Numbered from the stretch's first letter, positions 1 through 10,022 are shown. The stretch: 64,000 nucleotides of DNA from Myxococcota bacterium (GCA_041687695.1 JAWLBL010000014.1:140955-204954), one strand, 5' to 3'. The notes: a model not told the origin generated them from the sequence alone. A program made the numbers and translations.

Positions 1-82
1 CGAGGCGCCTGAGCGGTTGACCCGGGCCGCGCTCCCCGCGATGCTGCGGCTCCCCTGGCCCCTGGCCCCCCTGGAGGACCCC

Positions 83-628
83 TTGGCCCGACGCGCCGAC
101 AACCTCGTTTGGCTCGACATGGAGATGTCAGGCCTCGATCCCGAGGTCTGTCGCCCCCTCGAAATGGCGACCCTGGTCACCAACAACGCCCTCGAGATCA
201 TCGCCGAGGGTCCCAACATCGTCATCCACCAGTCCGACGAGGTCCTCGCGGCCATGGACGCCTGGAACACCCAGCACCACGGCGACAGCGGCCTGACGCT
301 GTCGGTGCGCCAGTCGCGCGTGACGATGCGCGAGGCCGAGCAGATGACGCTCGACTTCCTCGAGATGTGGACGGAGCCCGGCAAGTCGCCCCTGTGCGGC
401 AACTCCATCGGGCAGGACCGGCGCTTCCTCAGGCGCTACATGCCGCGCCTCGACCGCCACTTCCACTACCGGGTCATCGACATCTCGACGATGAAGGAGC
501 TGGCCAAGCGCTGGTACGGCATCGTGCCGCCGCCCAAGCACGAGACGCACCGCGCGCTCGAGGACATCCGCGAGTCCATCGAGGAGCTGCGCTTCTACCG
601 CCGCACCATCTTCAAGCCCGAGCTCTGA
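83..628 (+). CDS. orn: Oligoribonuclease (DEDDh 3'-5' exoribonuclease)
   Basis: Motifs LVWLDMEMSGLD, SPLCGNSIGQDRRFL, HRALEDIRESIEEL; TTG start at 83 follows a GGAGG RBS (ORF track starts at 17). Confidence 0.95.
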   Translation: MARRADNLVWLDMEMSGLDPEVCRPLEMATLVTNNALEIIAEGPNIVIHQSDEVLAAMDAWNTQHHGDSGLTLSVRQSRVTMREAEQMTLDFLEMWTEPGKSPLCGNSIGQDRRFLRRYMPRLDRHFHYRVIDISTMKELAKRWYGIVPPPKHETHRALEDIRESIEELRFYRRTIFKPEL

Positions 629-732
629 GCGCGCCCCGTCGCCCGGGGCGACGACCCGGAAGGATTTGACAGACGGGCCCGGGTGGGCGACTGCTACGGG
701 CCTGCCCCCCCCGCCCCCCGCCCGGAGGATCC

Positions 733-1155
733 ATGCGCCTGCTCGCCCTCGCCGCCTTGTCGCTGTCCCTCGCCAGCCTCACCGGCTGCCCGCAGCCGGT
801 GCCCGACCGGCCGCCCGAGCCTCAGGCGGACCCGGCGTTCCCCCAGGGGTACCAGGGCTGGCAGAAGATCAACGCCCAGACCATCGTGCGCGAGGACGAG
901 GGCATCGCCCGCGAGCTCTTCGCGAGCCCGACCGCCGAGGTCCTGGTCAAGGAGCAGTACGTCCTCGCGGGCGGCGAGGTCGGCCCGATGCAGAAGATCG
1001 CCGTCATGCGCAAGACGGGTGACACGCCGCACAACGGCTGGACGTTCCTGTCCTTCGACCCGCAGACCAAGACCCAGCTGACCGACGACACCACCGCCTG
1101 CGTCGGCTGCCATGGCCTCGCCGACGGCGAGGACTTCGTCTTCAGCGACCTGTAG
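733..1155 (+). CDS. Cytochrome P460-family (c'-beta-like) lipoprotein
   Basis: Lipobox LTGC, FPQGYQGW, VLVKE, AVMRK..GWTF, C-terminal CVGCH followed by DFVF; GGAGG RBS. Confidence 0.75.
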   Translation: MRLLALAALSLSLASLTGCPQPVPDRPPEPQADPAFPQGYQGWQKINAQTIVREDEGIARELFASPTAEVLVKEQYVLAGGEVGPMQKIAVMRKTGDTPHNGWTFLSFDPQTKTQLTDDTTACVGCHGLADGEDFVFSDL

Positions 1156-1173
1156 AGCGCCTCGGACGCCTAC

Positions 1174-1202
1174 ACGGGGCTCGGGCCGGACCGAAGCCCC
1201 GT
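1174..1202. terminator. GC-rich hairpin between convergent genes (possible bidirectional terminator)
   Basis: ACGGGGCT...AGCCCCGT inverted repeat between the cytochrome stop (1155) and the nadB stop (1208); no U-tract. Confidence 0.35.
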
Positions 1203-1207
1203 CGGGC

Positions 1208-2815
1208 TCAGCTGCGCCGGCCGCGCACCAGGAAGGTGTCGCGCTTCCAGTGGTCGTCGCGCTGCGGGAAGTCGATGGTGTAGTGCAGCCCGCGGCTCTC
1301 GCGGCGGATGAGGGCGCTGTCGACGATGAGCGAGGCCACCGAGGCGATGTTGCGCAGCTCGACGAGGTCGCGCGTGAGGACGAAGGACCAGTAGTCCTCC
1401 TTGATCTCCTGGCCCAGGACGTCCAGGCGCCGGCGCGCGCGCATCAGGCGCTTGTTCGAGCGCACGATGCCGACGTAGTTCCACATCAGGCGGCGGATCT
1501 CGTCCCAGGCGTGGGCGATGAGGACGTTCTCGTCGGGGTCGGTCGCGAAGCCGGTGTTCCAGTCCGGGACGGCCGGGTCGAGGTCGGTGTCGGCGGCGGC
1601 CTGGATCTGCGGCGAGACGGACGCCGCGCGATGCGAGAAGACGAGGGCCTCGAGCAGCGAGTTGGAGGCGAGGCGGTTGGCGCCGTGCAGGCCCGTGTGG
1701 CTGACCTCGCCCGAGGCGAGCAGGCCCGGCAAGGTGGTGCGGCCCCAGGCGTCGGTGTGGACGCCGCCGCAGCAGTAGTGGGCGGCGGGGACCACCGGGA
1801 TGGGCTGCACGCGCATGTCGATGCCGAAGCCCAGCAGGGTCCCGTGAACGCCCGGGAAGCGGTCCTCGAGCATCTCGGGCGGCAGGTGGGTCATGTCGAG
1901 CAGCACGTGCGGGTCACCCGACCGCTTGAGCTCGCTGTCGATGGCGCGGGCGACGATGTCGCGGGGCGCCAGGTCCCGCAGCGGATGGTAGGCCTCCATG
2001 AAGGCCGTCCCGTCCAGCCGGCGCAGGACGCCGCCCTCGCCGCGGCAGGCCTCGGTGATGAGCGAGTTCTTGGCCTGCGGGTGGTACAGGCAGGTCGGGT
2101 GGAACTGGAAGAACTCCATGTTGGCGATGTGGGCGCCGGCACGCCACGCCATGGCCACGCCGTCGCCCGTCGCGATGTCCGGGTTGGACGTGTAGCGGTA
2201 GACCTTGCCGGCGCCGCCGGTCGCCAGCATGACCACGCGCCCGAGGAAGGTCTCGACCCGGCCGCTGTCGGCCTCGAGCGAGTAGGCGCCCAGGACGCGG
2301 TCCTCGCCGCCCATCCCCAGGCGATAGCGGGTGATGAGGTCGATGACGTGGTGGTCCTCGAAGACCTGGATGTTCGGGTGGCGGTCCACGGCGTCGACCA
2401 GCGCCGCCTGGACGGCCGCCCCCGTCATGTCCTTGGCGTGCACGATGCGGCGCGCCGAGTGGCCGCCCTCGCGGGTGAGATCCAGCTCGCCGCGGCCGTC
2501 CTCGCCGCGCCGGGTGAAGGCGACGCCGAGCTCGATGAGCTCCTGCAGGCGCGCGGGGCCCTCCTCGACACAGATCCGCACCACCTCGGCGTTGTTCAGG
2601 CCGTCGCCGGCCGTGATGGTGTCCTGGATGTGGGCGTCGAAGGTGTCGTGGGCGTCCATCACGGCCGCGATGCCACCCTGCGCCCAGCGCGTGTTGGACT
2701 CGACGCGGTCGCGCTTGGTCAGCACCGCGACCGTCCCGCGGTCGGCCATCTTGAGGGCGTAGGAGAGGCCGGCGACGCCGCTCCCGAGGACCAGGGTGTC
2801 GAAGACGTGACGCAT
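1208..2815 (-). CDS. nadB: L-aspartate oxidase
   Basis: GSGVAG FAD motif, SNTRWAQGGIA, TREGGHSARRIVH, FQFHPT, LITEACRGEG, GLHGANRLASNSLLE, RRESRGLHY. Confidence 0.96.
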   Translation of the reverse strand: MRHVFDTLVLGSGVAGLSYALKMADRGTVAVLTKRDRVESNTRWAQGGIAAVMDAHDTFDAHIQDTITAGDGLNNAEVVRICVEEGPARLQELIELGVAFTRRGEDGRGELDLTREGGHSARRIVHAKDMTGAAVQAALVDAVDRHPNIQVFEDHHVIDLITRYRLGMGGEDRVLGAYSLEADSGRVETFLGRVVMLATGGAGKVYRYTSNPDIATGDGVAMAWRAGAHIANMEFFQFHPTCLYHPQAKNSLITEACRGEGGVLRRLDGTAFMEAYHPLRDLAPRDIVARAIDSELKRSGDPHVLLDMTHLPPEMLEDRFPGVHGTLLGFGIDMRVQPIPVVPAAHYCCGGVHTDAWGRTTLPGLLASGEVSHTGLHGANRLASNSLLEALVFSHRAASVSPQIQAAADTDLDPAVPDWNTGFATDPDENVLIAHAWDEIRRLMWNYVGIVRSNKRLMRARRRLDVLGQEIKEDYWSFVLTRDLVELRNIASVASLIVDSALIRRESRGLHYTIDFPQRDDHWKRDTFLVRGRRS

Positions 2816-2921
2816 GCCGCGACCATAGCAGGCGGCCTCGGAGCCGCGAAGCGCGGTTTTTGGGCTTGGCCGCGACTGCGGTTATAGTCGGGCCGAACCC
2901 CGCTCCCGCGAGGCCCCCGCC

Positions 2922-3620
2922 ATGCGTCTGAGACCCCTCGCCGTCGCCGTCGCCCTCGCCGCCTCGCTGGGCCTCGCGACCGCCGCCCAGGCCAACATCT
3001 ACGAGTGCGTCAAGGACGGCCGCCGCTGGATCACCAACGAGCGGATGACCGGCGCGCGCTGCAAGGTCAAGATGCTCCTCGAGGGCCAGGCCGTCGGCGC
3101 GTCCTCGTCGTCCTCGTCGCGGCCCTCGGGCGGCTACGCCACCGCGACCGCCTCGCCCAAGCGCGCCAAGGACTTCCGCCCGCCGTCCATCGGCCCCTCG
3201 CGGGTGGCCGGCGACGGCGACACCGTCCGCGCGCGGATGAAGCTGTACGAGCCCTACATCACCGAGGCGTCGGAGGCGTACGGCATCCCCGAGGCCTTCA
3301 TCCGGGCGGTCATCCGCGTCGAGAGCAACTTCGACTACAAGGCGGTCAGCTCGGCCGGCGCCCAGGGGCTGATGCAGCTGATGCCCGGGACGGCGCGCCA
3401 GATGGGCGTCAACGACTCGTTCGACCCGCGCCAGAACATCATGGGCGGCACGAAGTACCTGCGCCGCCTCGCCAACCGCTTCGGCGGCGACATGGTCAAG
3501 GTGCTCAGCGGCTACCACGCCGGCTCGGGCGCGGTGAACAAGAAGGGCGGCATCCCGTACGACGCCACCGAGAGCTACGTGCGGGCCGTCCTGGACCACT
3601 ACTACCGCTACAAGATGTAG
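2922..3620 (+). CDS. Exported lytic transglycosylase (SLT domain)
   Basis: Signal peptide; AVIRVESNF (catalytic E), AVSSAGAQGLMQLMPGTA, FDPRQNIMGGTKYL. Confidence 0.92.
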   Translation: MRLRPLAVAVALAASLGLATAAQANIYECVKDGRRWITNERMTGARCKVKMLLEGQAVGASSSSSSRPSGGYATATASPKRAKDFRPPSIGPSRVAGDGDTVRARMKLYEPYITEASEAYGIPEAFIRAVIRVESNFDYKAVSSAGAQGLMQLMPGTARQMGVNDSFDPRQNIMGGTKYLRRLANRFGGDMVKVLSGYHAGSGAVNKKGGIPYDATESYVRAVLDHYYRYKM

Positions 3621-3694
3621 CGGCGGGACGTGGGGCGGGGCCCGCCGCCCTCCCCTTCAGGGAGTCGCGGGCCCACCGCCAGGGGCACCTTCGC

Positions 3695-4018
3695 TCAGGC
3701 CGTGGCCTTGCTGGTCAGCAGCGTCTCGAGCTCGCCCGCCTCGTGCAGCTCGCGCAGGATGTCGCTGCCTCCGACGAACTGGCCGTCGACGTAGAGCTGC
3801 GGGATGGTCGGCCAGTTCGAGTAGTCCTTGATGGCCTGCCGGACCTCCCAGTCCTGCAGCACGTTCACGGTCTCGAACTCGTGCGTGTACTGGCTCAGCA
3901 GGTTGACGGCCAGCGCCGAGAACCCGCACTGGGGCATCATCTTGCTGCCCTTCATGAACAGGACGACGCGCTTGTTCTTGACGAGATCGTCGATTTCCTT
4001 GTGGACGTCGCGAGACAT
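3695..4018 (-). CDS. grxD: Monothiol glutaredoxin (Grx4 family)
   Basis: VVLFMKG..MPQCGFS, YSNWPTIPQLYVDGQFVGGSDI; start set at MSRDVHKE. Confidence 0.95.
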   Translation of the reverse strand: MSRDVHKEIDDLVKNKRVVLFMKGSKMMPQCGFSALAVNLLSQYTHEFETVNVLQDWEVRQAIKDYSNWPTIPQLYVDGQFVGGSDILRELHEAGELETLLTSKATA

Positions 4019-4023
4019 CTTGC

Positions 4024-4296
4024 TCACTCCTTCGAGGGGGTGGAGGCGAGGCCGGCCTGGGCCGCCTGCGCGGGGGTCAGCGTCTTGAGCTGCAGCGCGT
4101 GGATGCGCCCCTTCATCTCGTCGCCGAGCGAGGCGTAGACCAGCTGGTGCTGCTCGATGCGGCTGCGCCCGTCGAAGGCCTGCGACACCACGACGGCGCG
4201 CCAGTGGTCGGCGCCGCCGGTCAGGTCTTCGAGGTCGACCTGCGCGTCGGGCATCGCCTGCTGGATGAGCCCTCGGATTTCGTCGGCCGTGATCAT
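4024..4296 (-). CDS. BolA/IbaG family protein
   Basis: DHWRAVVVSQAFDGRSRIEQHQLVYASL..IHALQLKT; adjacent to grxD as is typical. Confidence 0.93.
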   Translation of the reverse strand: MITADEIRGLIQQAMPDAQVDLEDLTGGADHWRAVVVSQAFDGRSRIEQHQLVYASLGDEMKGRIHALQLKTLTPAQAAQAGLASTPSKE

Positions 4297-4428
4297 GACT
4301 CGCCTCCTGGACGTTCGGCGGGACCCTCCGCCCGTGCGGCGGCCCCGGTCGGTCGCGGAGTGTATGCACGGCCTCGGAGCTTGTCACGGACCAAAACGGT
4401 CCGATTTGCGTCGCGCCGTCGGGCCCGC

Positions 4429-5220
4429 TCAGAGCTTCAAGGCGAAGCTGACGTCCATGGTCGTGTCCAGGGTGTCGATCGTCGCCGGGGGGCGGGCGTC
4501 GTAGGCCAGCGTGAAGCCGACCAGAACGCCCAAGCCCTCGGAGAGCTTGATCGACAGACCGCTCTGGCTGAGCAGGCGGAAGTCGGCGAAGGCGTCGAGG
4601 CGCGGCTGGAAGTAGGTGGTGTGGACCACGGCCAGCAGCGGGTCGATGGCGAAGCGGCCGGTGACGTAGCTCGAGGCGCGGTGGTTCGTCTCGGTCTGCC
4701 CGGCGTCCACGTAGTCGCCGCTGCCGAACTTCTCGTGCTCGACCATGTAGGACAGCGCCACGGCCAGGCTCACGGCCGGGCCGCTGACGATCTCGAGGCG
4801 CGGGCCGGTGCCGCCGAGCACGCGCATCTGCAGGCGCTTGAACTGGTCGGCGGCCAGCTGGGTGTAGGTCTCCCAGGTCAGCGTCTCGGTCAGCAGCCAC
4901 TGGTGGCGCAGGTGCGTGAACACGCGGTCCAGGAAGTCGGCGCCGCCCTTGATGCCCAGCTCGTAGCTGGAGCTGGAGATGAAGCGGTGCATCCCGGCGC
5001 GGTAGCGCATCAGCACGCTCGCGCGCGCCTGGAAGATGTCGACGTTGCCCGTGCGCCAGTTCATGGCGCCCGACAGCTCGCCCGCGAAGCCGTCGTCGTC
5101 GGCGGGCGCGAGCAGCGGCTGCACGTTGACGATGTCGGCGGCCGCGTCGGTGGGCGCGAAGGCCGTGAGCGTGGCCAGGACGGCCGCGAACAGGGCGCGA
5201 GGCATCGTGGAGCGGGTCAC
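4429..5220 (-). CDS. DUF481-like outer-membrane beta-barrel protein
   Basis: Signal peptide, IVNVQ N-terminus, TGN motif, alternating beta-strands, YFQP, LAYDARPP. Confidence 0.7.
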   Translation of the reverse strand: MTRSTMPRALFAAVLATLTAFAPTDAAADIVNVQPLLAPADDDGFAGELSGAMNWRTGNVDIFQARASVLMRYRAGMHRFISSSSYELGIKGGADFLDRVFTHLRHQWLLTETLTWETYTQLAADQFKRLQMRVLGGTGPRLEIVSGPAVSLAVALSYMVEHEKFGSGDYVDAGQTETNHRASSYVTGRFAIDPLLAVVHTTYFQPRLDAFADFRLLSQSGLSIKLSEGLGVLVGFTLAYDARPPATIDTLDTTMDVSFALKL

Positions 5221-5284
5221 AGGGGGCCTCCGGGTCAGGGGTGACCTTGGCCCATTACCCGCTGCGACTGGCCGTGTCGACCCC

Positions 5285-6142
5285 CTAGGGGAGCGACAGC
5301 GTCTGGCCGATGCCCAGGGTCCCCACTCGGATCTGGCGGTCGAAGCCCTGCACGTCGTCGTAGAAGCGTCCGAACTTCGTCAGGGGCAAAAGGCGCATGG
5401 GCGCGTCGGCGGCGCGGAAGAAGTCGTCGTAGTGGGTGGGGACGACCATGCGCGGGGTGAGGTGCTTCAGGATGCGCGGGATGTAGCGCTCGGTGGCGTG
5501 GCGGCCCGAGATGCCCATCAGGAACAGATCGACGTCCTTGTGCCGGATCGCGTCCTCGATGAGGTTGGCGCTGCCCTGGTGGTACAGGGTCAGGCCGTCG
5601 ACCTCGATGGCGAGGCCGAAGACGTCGCCGCACTTGTAGTCCTTGCCGCGGATGGGCAGCTCGCAGCTACACGGGATGTCGCCCGCGTAGGGGACCTTGT
5701 GGCCGAGGGCGAAGCGGCTGTGCTCGCTGGGGATGAGCGTGACCTTGAACGGGCCGACCTCGACCGTGGTCTCGCCCGTGCAGGCGACGAACTGGGACTC
5801 GGGCAGGCCCGAGCAGGCCATCAGGTTGGCCGTGCTGCGCGAGCCGTAGACTTTGGCGCCGGTCTTCTGGGCGAGGTAGGGCACGTCCATGACGTGGTCG
5901 AAGTGGCTGTGGCCGACGAAGATCGCGTCGGCGCGGGTGATGCCAGCGGCCTCGATGCGGGCGGCGTCGGGGCGGATGGCCCCGGTCAGGTAACGCCACA
6001 GGCCGACGCGGGTCAGGTACGGGTCGACGAGGATGACGTGCTCGCCGGCGCGGATCTCGAAGCCGGCGGTGCCCAGCCAGCGCAGCTGGACGCGGCCGTC
6101 GCCGCCGTGGGTCGGGTCGAGGCGGAGGTCGTCAGGGTGCAT
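5285..6142 (-). CDS. Metallo-beta-lactamase-fold hydrolase (UlaG-like)
   Basis: LRWLGTAGF, LVDPY, GHSHFDH, PTHYDDF. Confidence 0.85.
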   Translation of the reverse strand: MHPDDLRLDPTHGGDGRVQLRWLGTAGFEIRAGEHVILVDPYLTRVGLWRYLTGAIRPDAARIEAAGITRADAIFVGHSHFDHVMDVPYLAQKTGAKVYGSRSTANLMACSGLPESQFVACTGETTVEVGPFKVTLIPSEHSRFALGHKVPYAGDIPCSCELPIRGKDYKCGDVFGLAIEVDGLTLYHQGSANLIEDAIRHKDVDLFLMGISGRHATERYIPRILKHLTPRMVVPTHYDDFFRAADAPMRLLPLTKFGRFYDDVQGFDRQIRVGTLGIGQTLSLP

Positions 6143-6917
6143 CGCCGGCTCCGAGGCGCAGGTGGGCGGGGAAGAGGCCGTTGAGGTTGTCGAAGAAGAT
6201 GCGGCGACGGCCGGCGTCGTCGACGTCGAGCGCGTCGACCACGGCCTGGAAGCTGCGCGGGTGGTTCAGGTTATAGTCGCTGCCGAAGAGGACCCGCTCG
6301 GGCCCCAGGCGGTCGACCGCGTGCTGGACGATCCAGTACTGGCGGACGGACTCGGTGCCGAGGAAGGCGTTCGGGATGCCACGCGCTTCGATGTGCGCGA
6401 CGGTGCCTTGGACCAGATCCGTCCCGTCGCCGCCCATGTGGCAAAGGATGACGTTGAGATCGGGGTGGCGCTCGGCGACCTCGAGGGGGAAGCGGAACGA
6501 GGCCATCTCCTGCCATCGCCCGCAGTGGACCAGGACCGGGACGCCGCGCTCGGCGGCCCACCGGTAGTACGGGTCGAAGACGGGCTCGGTGCAGCGCTGG
6601 CGGAGGAAGCTGGGGTGGATCTTCAGGGCCGCCACGTCGGCGGCGTGGTCGTCGAGGAACGCGGGCAGCGAGGCGTCCGCGGGGTCGACCCAGGCGCAGA
6701 ACCGGAAGGCGACCGGCGACGGCCCTTGCGCCCGCAGGGTCGCCAGGAGGCCCGCGTTGTCGGCGACGTCGGTCGGCATGACGAGCGCGCCCGCGTAGCC
6801 CAGCTCGGCGTACAGGCGCGCGGCCTCGGCCAGCTGCGTGGCGCGGCCGGAGAAGTCGGGGGTCCGCCAAGGCCCCACGTGCACGTGACCGTCGATGACC
6901 CTCACAGCCGCGCTCAT
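6132..6917 (-). CDS. Amidohydrolase_2 family metal-dependent hydrolase
   Basis: IDGHVH, LKIHP, VLVHCG, ILCHMG, VLFGSDY; start set at MSAAVRVID. Confidence 0.85.
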   Translation of the reverse strand: MSAAVRVIDGHVHVGPWRTPDFSGRATQLAEAARLYAELGYAGALVMPTDVADNAGLLATLRAQGPSPVAFRFCAWVDPADASLPAFLDDHAADVAALKIHPSFLRQRCTEPVFDPYYRWAAERGVPVLVHCGRWQEMASFRFPLEVAERHPDLNVILCHMGGDGTDLVQGTVAHIEARGIPNAFLGTESVRQYWIVQHAVDRLGPERVLFGSDYNLNHPRSFQAVVDALDVDDAGRRRIFFDNLNGLFPAHLRLGAGDAP

Positions 6918-6937
6918 ACCACGATGCGGCGCGGCCG

Positions 6938-8308
6938 TCAGGTCTCGTCGGGCGGCGGCTCGGGCGGCGGGTAGAGGAAGCGCAACAGATCGGTGCGCGA
7001 CAGGATGCCCTGCAGGCGGCCCCCCTCGACGACCGGCAGGCGCCCGATGTCCTTGTCCACCATCTTGTCGAGGGCCTCCTCGAGCGTGTCGCCGCAGTCG
7101 GCCGTCACGACCGGGTGCGCCATGCAGCTCGACACCGGCAGGTGCAGCCGCCCGTCCTTGCCGGCCGCCGCCACGTCGCGGCGCGAGATGACCCCGACCA
7201 GGGCGCCGTCCTTGAGCACCGGCAACCCCGACACGCCCAGGCCCTCGAGCATGCGCCCGGCCTGCTCGAGCGGCAGGTCGGCCTCGCAGGTCTGGACGAC
7301 GCGGGTCATCACGTCGCGGACGCGGCTCGGCCGCGGCGGGTGCTCCTCGAACCAGGCGACCAGCCGGGCTCGGACCTCGTCGACGGTGACCTTCTTGAGG
7401 AGCGCCGATCCCGCCCCGGCGTGACCGCCGCCGCCCATCGCCTGCATCAGCTCGCCGATGTCCACCCACGGCACCTGCGAGCGGCCGATGGCCTGGACGC
7501 GCTCGCCGTAGCCGAACACGCCGATGACGGCGGCGTGCCCCAGCAGCGACAACGCGTGCGAGACCACCTCGGCCAGCCGGTCGACCCGCTCGGGCAGCGC
7601 GATCGCCGCGAGGCCGATGGGGACGTGCCCGCAGGTCAGGGTCCGCACCTGCCGCAGGACCTCGACCAGGACCTCGAGGTGCTCGCCCGAGAACGGCTCG
7701 CGCAGGTAGCGCTGGACGACCTCGGTGCGGGCGCCCAGGCCCATCAGCCAGGCCACCGCGTCCGCGTCGCGGGCCGTCGCGCTGGGGAACGTCAGCGAGC
7801 CCGTGTCGGCGTGGATGCCCAGGGCGAGCAGGGTCGCCTCGACCGAGTCGAGCGCGGCGCCCCGCTCGCGCAGCCGCTCGACCAGGAGCGTCGTCGCCGA
7901 GCCGATGGGCTCGACCACCTCGTGGGTGGCCTGGACGTCGTCGGCCGAGGGCCCGTGGTGATCGTAGACGTGGACCTCGAAGCCGGGCGGCGGGTCGCGC
8001 ATGCGCTCGAGCAGCGGCCCGTAGTCGCGCAGACGGCTGGCGCGGCGCACGTCGACGATGATGACCCGCTCGACGGCGTCGAGGTCGAGATCCTCGACGG
8101 GCACCTGCTCGAAGCGGTCTTTGTGCAGGGCGAGGAAGTCGCGGACGCCGCGGCTGACCGTCTTGCCGCGCACCATCACGGCGCCGGGATACACGCGCGA
8201 GGCGGCGACCTTCGAGGCGAGGGCGTCGAAGTCCGCGTTGGCGTGGGTGACGATGACCTCGCGGGCGGCGAGCCGGCGAGGCGGCGGTGGTGCGTCGGCG
8301 GGCTTCAA
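6938..8308 (-). CDS. DHH/DHHA1 phosphoesterase with C-terminal CBS pair (like the N-terminal half of CBS-type tRNA nucleotidyltransferases)
   Basis: THANADFDA, IIVD, YDHH, HADTGS, GGGGHAGAGSA, two CBS repeats; TTG start overlaps the upstream stop (TTGA). Confidence 0.85.
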   Translation of the reverse strand: MKPADAPPPPRRLAAREVIVTHANADFDALASKVAASRVYPGAVMVRGKTVSRGVRDFLALHKDRFEQVPVEDLDLDAVERVIIVDVRRASRLRDYGPLLERMRDPPPGFEVHVYDHHGPSADDVQATHEVVEPIGSATTLLVERLRERGAALDSVEATLLALGIHADTGSLTFPSATARDADAVAWLMGLGARTEVVQRYLREPFSGEHLEVLVEVLRQVRTLTCGHVPIGLAAIALPERVDRLAEVVSHALSLLGHAAVIGVFGYGERVQAIGRSQVPWVDIGELMQAMGGGGHAGAGSALLKKVTVDEVRARLVAWFEEHPPRPSRVRDVMTRVVQTCEADLPLEQAGRMLEGLGVSGLPVLKDGALVGVISRRDVAAAGKDGRLHLPVSSCMAHPVVTADCGDTLEEALDKMVDKDIGRLPVVEGGRLQGILSRTDLLRFLYPPPEPPPDET

Positions 8309-8961
8309 GCGTGCAGGGGCCGGGGCAGCGAGGGAGGGGCCGCCGGCAGGGCGTAGGGCGCCTGTCGGTAGGCGTCGGCGATACCGCAGCGGCGCGCGGT
8401 CCGCAAGTTCGCGCACAGCACGACGTCGGCCTCGGTCGCGGCCCGTTCGGCGGCCTCCCAGCTCCCGGTGGGCGCGGTGACCAGCACGCGGGCGGCCCCG
8501 CCGGCCCGGAGGGCGCGGACCCGGGCGGCCAGCGCGTCGGGGCGCGTCAACCCTTCGTCGACCAGGATGACCAGCTCGGCCGCGGCGCCGACGGCCAGGG
8601 CCTCTGGGCCAAGGACCGGGGCGGTCCCGCGGCGGCGCCGGACGGTAGCGGCCAGGGGGCCTCGGCGCCGATGCGGGCGCGCCCGGGACCCGAGGGGCGC
8701 CGGGGACACGGCGAGGGGGATGGTCTTCACGGCGAACCCGAGCCGCTCGGCGAGCAGGCAGGCCAGCTCGCTGGCCTGGGGCGTCGCGGCCACGACCGTG
8801 CCGCGCAGCCGTCTACAGAAGTCCAGCGCCTCGCCCAGCATGCGGGCGGCCTCGGGGCGGTCCGCGAAGACGCCGGTGCGACCGCGCAGCTCGGGCAGGT
8901 CGACGACCAGGCCGCGCGGGGCGGGTATGGGCGGGGTGCGCGGGGTCGTGGGCGGGGCCAT
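8305..8961 (-). CDS. Degenerate phosphoribosyltransferase-like protein
   Basis: VFADRPEAARML, VILVDEGL (PRPP-loop-like but followed by TRPDAL), APTGS..ADVVLCAN..IADAY; GGAGG RBS. Confidence 0.6.
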   Translation of the reverse strand: MAPPTTPRTPPIPAPRGLVVDLPELRGRTGVFADRPEAARMLGEALDFCRRLRGTVVAATPQASELACLLAERLGFAVKTIPLAVSPAPLGSRARPHRRRGPLAATVRRRRGTAPVLGPEALAVGAAAELVILVDEGLTRPDALAARVRALRAGGAARVLVTAPTGSWEAAERAATEADVVLCANLRTARRCGIADAYRQAPYALPAAPPSLPRPLHA

Positions 8962-8977
8962 ACGTCCTCCGGGGCGG

Positions 8978-9955
8978 TCAGGCGCGGGGCATCGCGTCGA
9001 GCAGCCGGTCCACGCGCGACAGATCGACGCGGCTCGGGCCGAGCCGGGGCGCGCGCCGGCGCGGGGTCGCTGCGGGCGCGGCGCGATGGAGGCAGCGCAG
9101 GACGCGCATCGGGGTCCCGAGATCCGACCAGCCGCACCAGGGCACGGCCAGGACGCGGAACAGGTCCGGCGCCCCCTCGAGGACGTCGCGCGAGAAGTCG
9201 TGGCTGGGCAGCAGCGGATAGACCTGCGCGAGCGCGGCCCGATCCAGGTAACCGGCGGCCAGGCAGCGGTCGCGGAGGGTCCGCGCGAGCAGCGGCAGGC
9301 TGCGCTCGAAGGCGCCGACCAGCGTCCGGACCGGGGCCGCGAAGGTCATGCTGCTCCACAGCCCGCCCTGTTGGAACAGGCGCTGGGCCAGCAGCTTGTC
9401 GGGCTTTTCGACGAAGGCGGCGACGCGGCGGGTGGCGTCCTCGCCGTCGTCGGCGGGGACGATCCAGCCGTAGCCGAAGTCCGGCGCGTCGGGGCGCATG
9501 CCGAGCAGGACCGACTGCCCGTCGCGGCGCGCGCTCGACAGCGCGGCCTCGAGGCCCCGGACCAAGGCCGCCTCGTCGGTGGCGTGGTGGTCGCTGGGCA
9601 GGGTCAGGACGGCGGCGTCGGGATCCTGCAGCTGGACGTGCAGCAACGCGAGCAGGAGCCCGGCGGCCGTCCCGCGGCCGACCGGCTCGACCAGCACGTT
9701 GGCGCGCGGCAGGTCGGCCAGCTCCGTCGTCCACCAGGGGCGGTGGCGCTCGGCGACGACGACGACGATGCGGTCCTTGGGGACCAGCCGCGCGACCCGG
9801 TCCAAGGTCGCCCCGAGCAGCGAGCGGTCGCTGCGGAAGGTGCAGAACTGCTTGGGCACGCTCACGCCGTCGGGGCTCATCGTGACGCGCGACAGGCGCG
9901 TGCCCTCGCCTCCCGCCAGGATGACCGCCCAAGCTCTCCGCGGTTCGTTCTGCAT
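8978..9955 (-). CDS. Mannose-1-phosphate guanylyltransferase-like nucleotidyltransferase (NTP_transferase domain only)
   Basis: VILAGGEGTRL, PKQF, EPVGRGTA, LPSDH, YGWI, FVEKP, WSDLGT; no cupin domain. Confidence 0.85.
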   Translation of the reverse strand: MQNEPRRAWAVILAGGEGTRLSRVTMSPDGVSVPKQFCTFRSDRSLLGATLDRVARLVPKDRIVVVVAERHRPWWTTELADLPRANVLVEPVGRGTAAGLLLALLHVQLQDPDAAVLTLPSDHHATDEAALVRGLEAALSSARRDGQSVLLGMRPDAPDFGYGWIVPADDGEDATRRVAAFVEKPDKLLAQRLFQQGGLWSSMTFAAPVRTLVGAFERSLPLLARTLRDRCLAAGYLDRAALAQVYPLLPSHDFSRDVLEGAPDLFRVLAVPWCGWSDLGTPMRVLRCLHRAAPAATPRRRAPRLGPSRVDLSRVDRLLDAMPRA

Positions 9956-10022
9956 GCTTCCCCACTCCCCTGATGCGGTTGCGCCGGCCGGACGGCGGGC
10001 GTGTTGGCTCCGGTGGGACAGG

